From Ophelia neglecta (Eukaryota): 64,000 nt of DNA. Positions within the stretch are counted from its first letter, which is position 1, and each line of letters begins with the position of its first letter. The DNA is taken from contig OZ260664.1 in NCBI GenBank assembly GCA_965285935.1, forward strand, positions 41,726,001-41,790,000. Direction: 5' to 3'. Shown here piece by piece: positions 63,050 to 64,000 of this stretch. A program made the translations under genes and the position numbers. Under the pieces are notes generated by a model. It did not search any database. It was not told where the DNA came from and saw nothing but the letters and a program-made list of their open reading frames with translations.

Positions 63050-63215
63050 GACTAAGCATAGTACATAAATTTTGGTAGATTACATCATTTTAAGTTAAAT
63101 AAGGTGAAATTAGTACAGGATCTTTTCTTTGGTTTATATGCGTTTTTATATTTATTGATTTGTACTTGCTCTGCCTGGAAACAATAAAAAACATTTTGAA
63201 TTGAATTGAATTGAA
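63050..63215 (+). mobile_element. Probable 3' end of a LINE (AATAAA followed by (TTGAA)4 tail)
   Basis: T-rich 3'UTR-like tract, AATAAA at 63183 and (TTGAA)4 at 63196-63215; short tandem tails are typical of CR1/L2-group LINEs. No ORF remains. Confidence 0.4.
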
Positions 63216-63612
63216 CCAGGATTACTTTCGCCAGAACACGCTACAAGGCGGAGGAATCCCATTTATAGAATGTTGGCAGTTCTGTTCTGATTTTATTTTA
63301 TCTACCTCCTCAATCCCACCCCTTGTGGAAAGCTGGGAACGCCCCTGTTGTATATCATAATAAGTTAATTAGGCCACAAACCGGTGCGCAGGACAACGGC
63401 AAGAAAAAGGCACAGGATAAATATACATTTGCTGATTTCCCTAAACATAAACCCAAATTATGAAATAGGAATATTAAGATTAAATAAAACTCTATTTAAT
63501 TCAAACTGGTATTATCGTTTAGTACTGGTGATATTTCAAGGTTCCCTTCTCATGTGCTGCGCTGTCAGACTGCGCCGCGAGAGAACAATAACCTGAGAAG
63601 CTCCTCTCCTCG

Positions 63613-63734
63613 TCGGACCAACACTCAGCGCACTGCAGAGCAGCAGCGCGCATCGGACCAACACTCAGCGCACTGCAGAGCAGCAGCGCGCATCGGACCA
63701 ACACTCAGCGCACTGCAGAGCAGCAGCGCGCATC
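63613..63734. repeat. 40-bp perfect tandem repeat, 3 copies
   Basis: TCGGACCAACACTCAGCGCACTGCAGAGCAGCAGCGCGCA starts at 63613, 63653 and 63693. Confidence 0.96.
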
Positions 63735-64000
63735 AAAGAGCGAAGCGCATGTGCTGAATACAGATACCAATGGTTTATAAGCCCCAAGATAAGCTTACAC
63801 TGATCTTGTCATAGCACGGCTTGGGACCCCGTACTATTATATGTGGTGTCAACACCGCCGAATGGTCATCTACGGCATGGCAGTGTTCATCATTAATAAG
63901 TAAAGCCTATAAGATGTAAATTATTTAAGTCAAATCTTCACTTTTCCTCGTGTACGTATAAATACACGATAAAATAAGCCATAAATTTACATGTAAAAGG

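Noticed and set aside
63519-63704. Signal-peptide-like ORF (MLVRCALLLCSAL...LQCAECWS) resembling a Ly6/three-finger start
   Set aside because: Built from the 40-bp tandem repeat with a non-ATG start; no supporting exon structure or full cysteine pattern.

Overview
AT-rich (roughly 39% GC by eye) intron-containing genomic DNA from an invertebrate animal; the species cannot be determined from the sequence. Two spliced protein-coding genes are supported, both on the minus strand. The first is a complete three-exon PRDM13 (PR/SET domain plus four zinc fingers; CDS 35777-35592, 34261-34006, 32555-31240; 585 aa), lying in a gene desert of about 31 kb downstream and 21 kb upstream that holds many candidate enhancer motif clusters. 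The second is a CHST15/GalNAc4S-6ST-like Golgi sulfotransferase (exons 59767-59650, 59420-59210, 58725-57639) with unusual substitutions near the active site. Repeats include a nested 24/19/49-bp palindromic minisatellite (40745-42508) carrying a full-length tRNA-derived SINE with a target-site duplication, a 3.2-kb 20-bp satellite (47055-50283), 36-bp and 40-bp minisatellites, a (CT)n microsatellite and several MITE/LINE remnants. The most notable unexplained signals are: about 25-fold enrichment of the palindrome TAGGCCTA (21 copies counted by hand); a SINE inserted next to a sequence complementary to its own A-box; an orphan plus-strand promoter with an ATG-GAG-GCA|GTAAGT first exon at about 14.5 kb; and a PTF1-like E-box/RBPJ composite site upstream of PRDM13. 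No CRISPR array or prokaryotic system is present.
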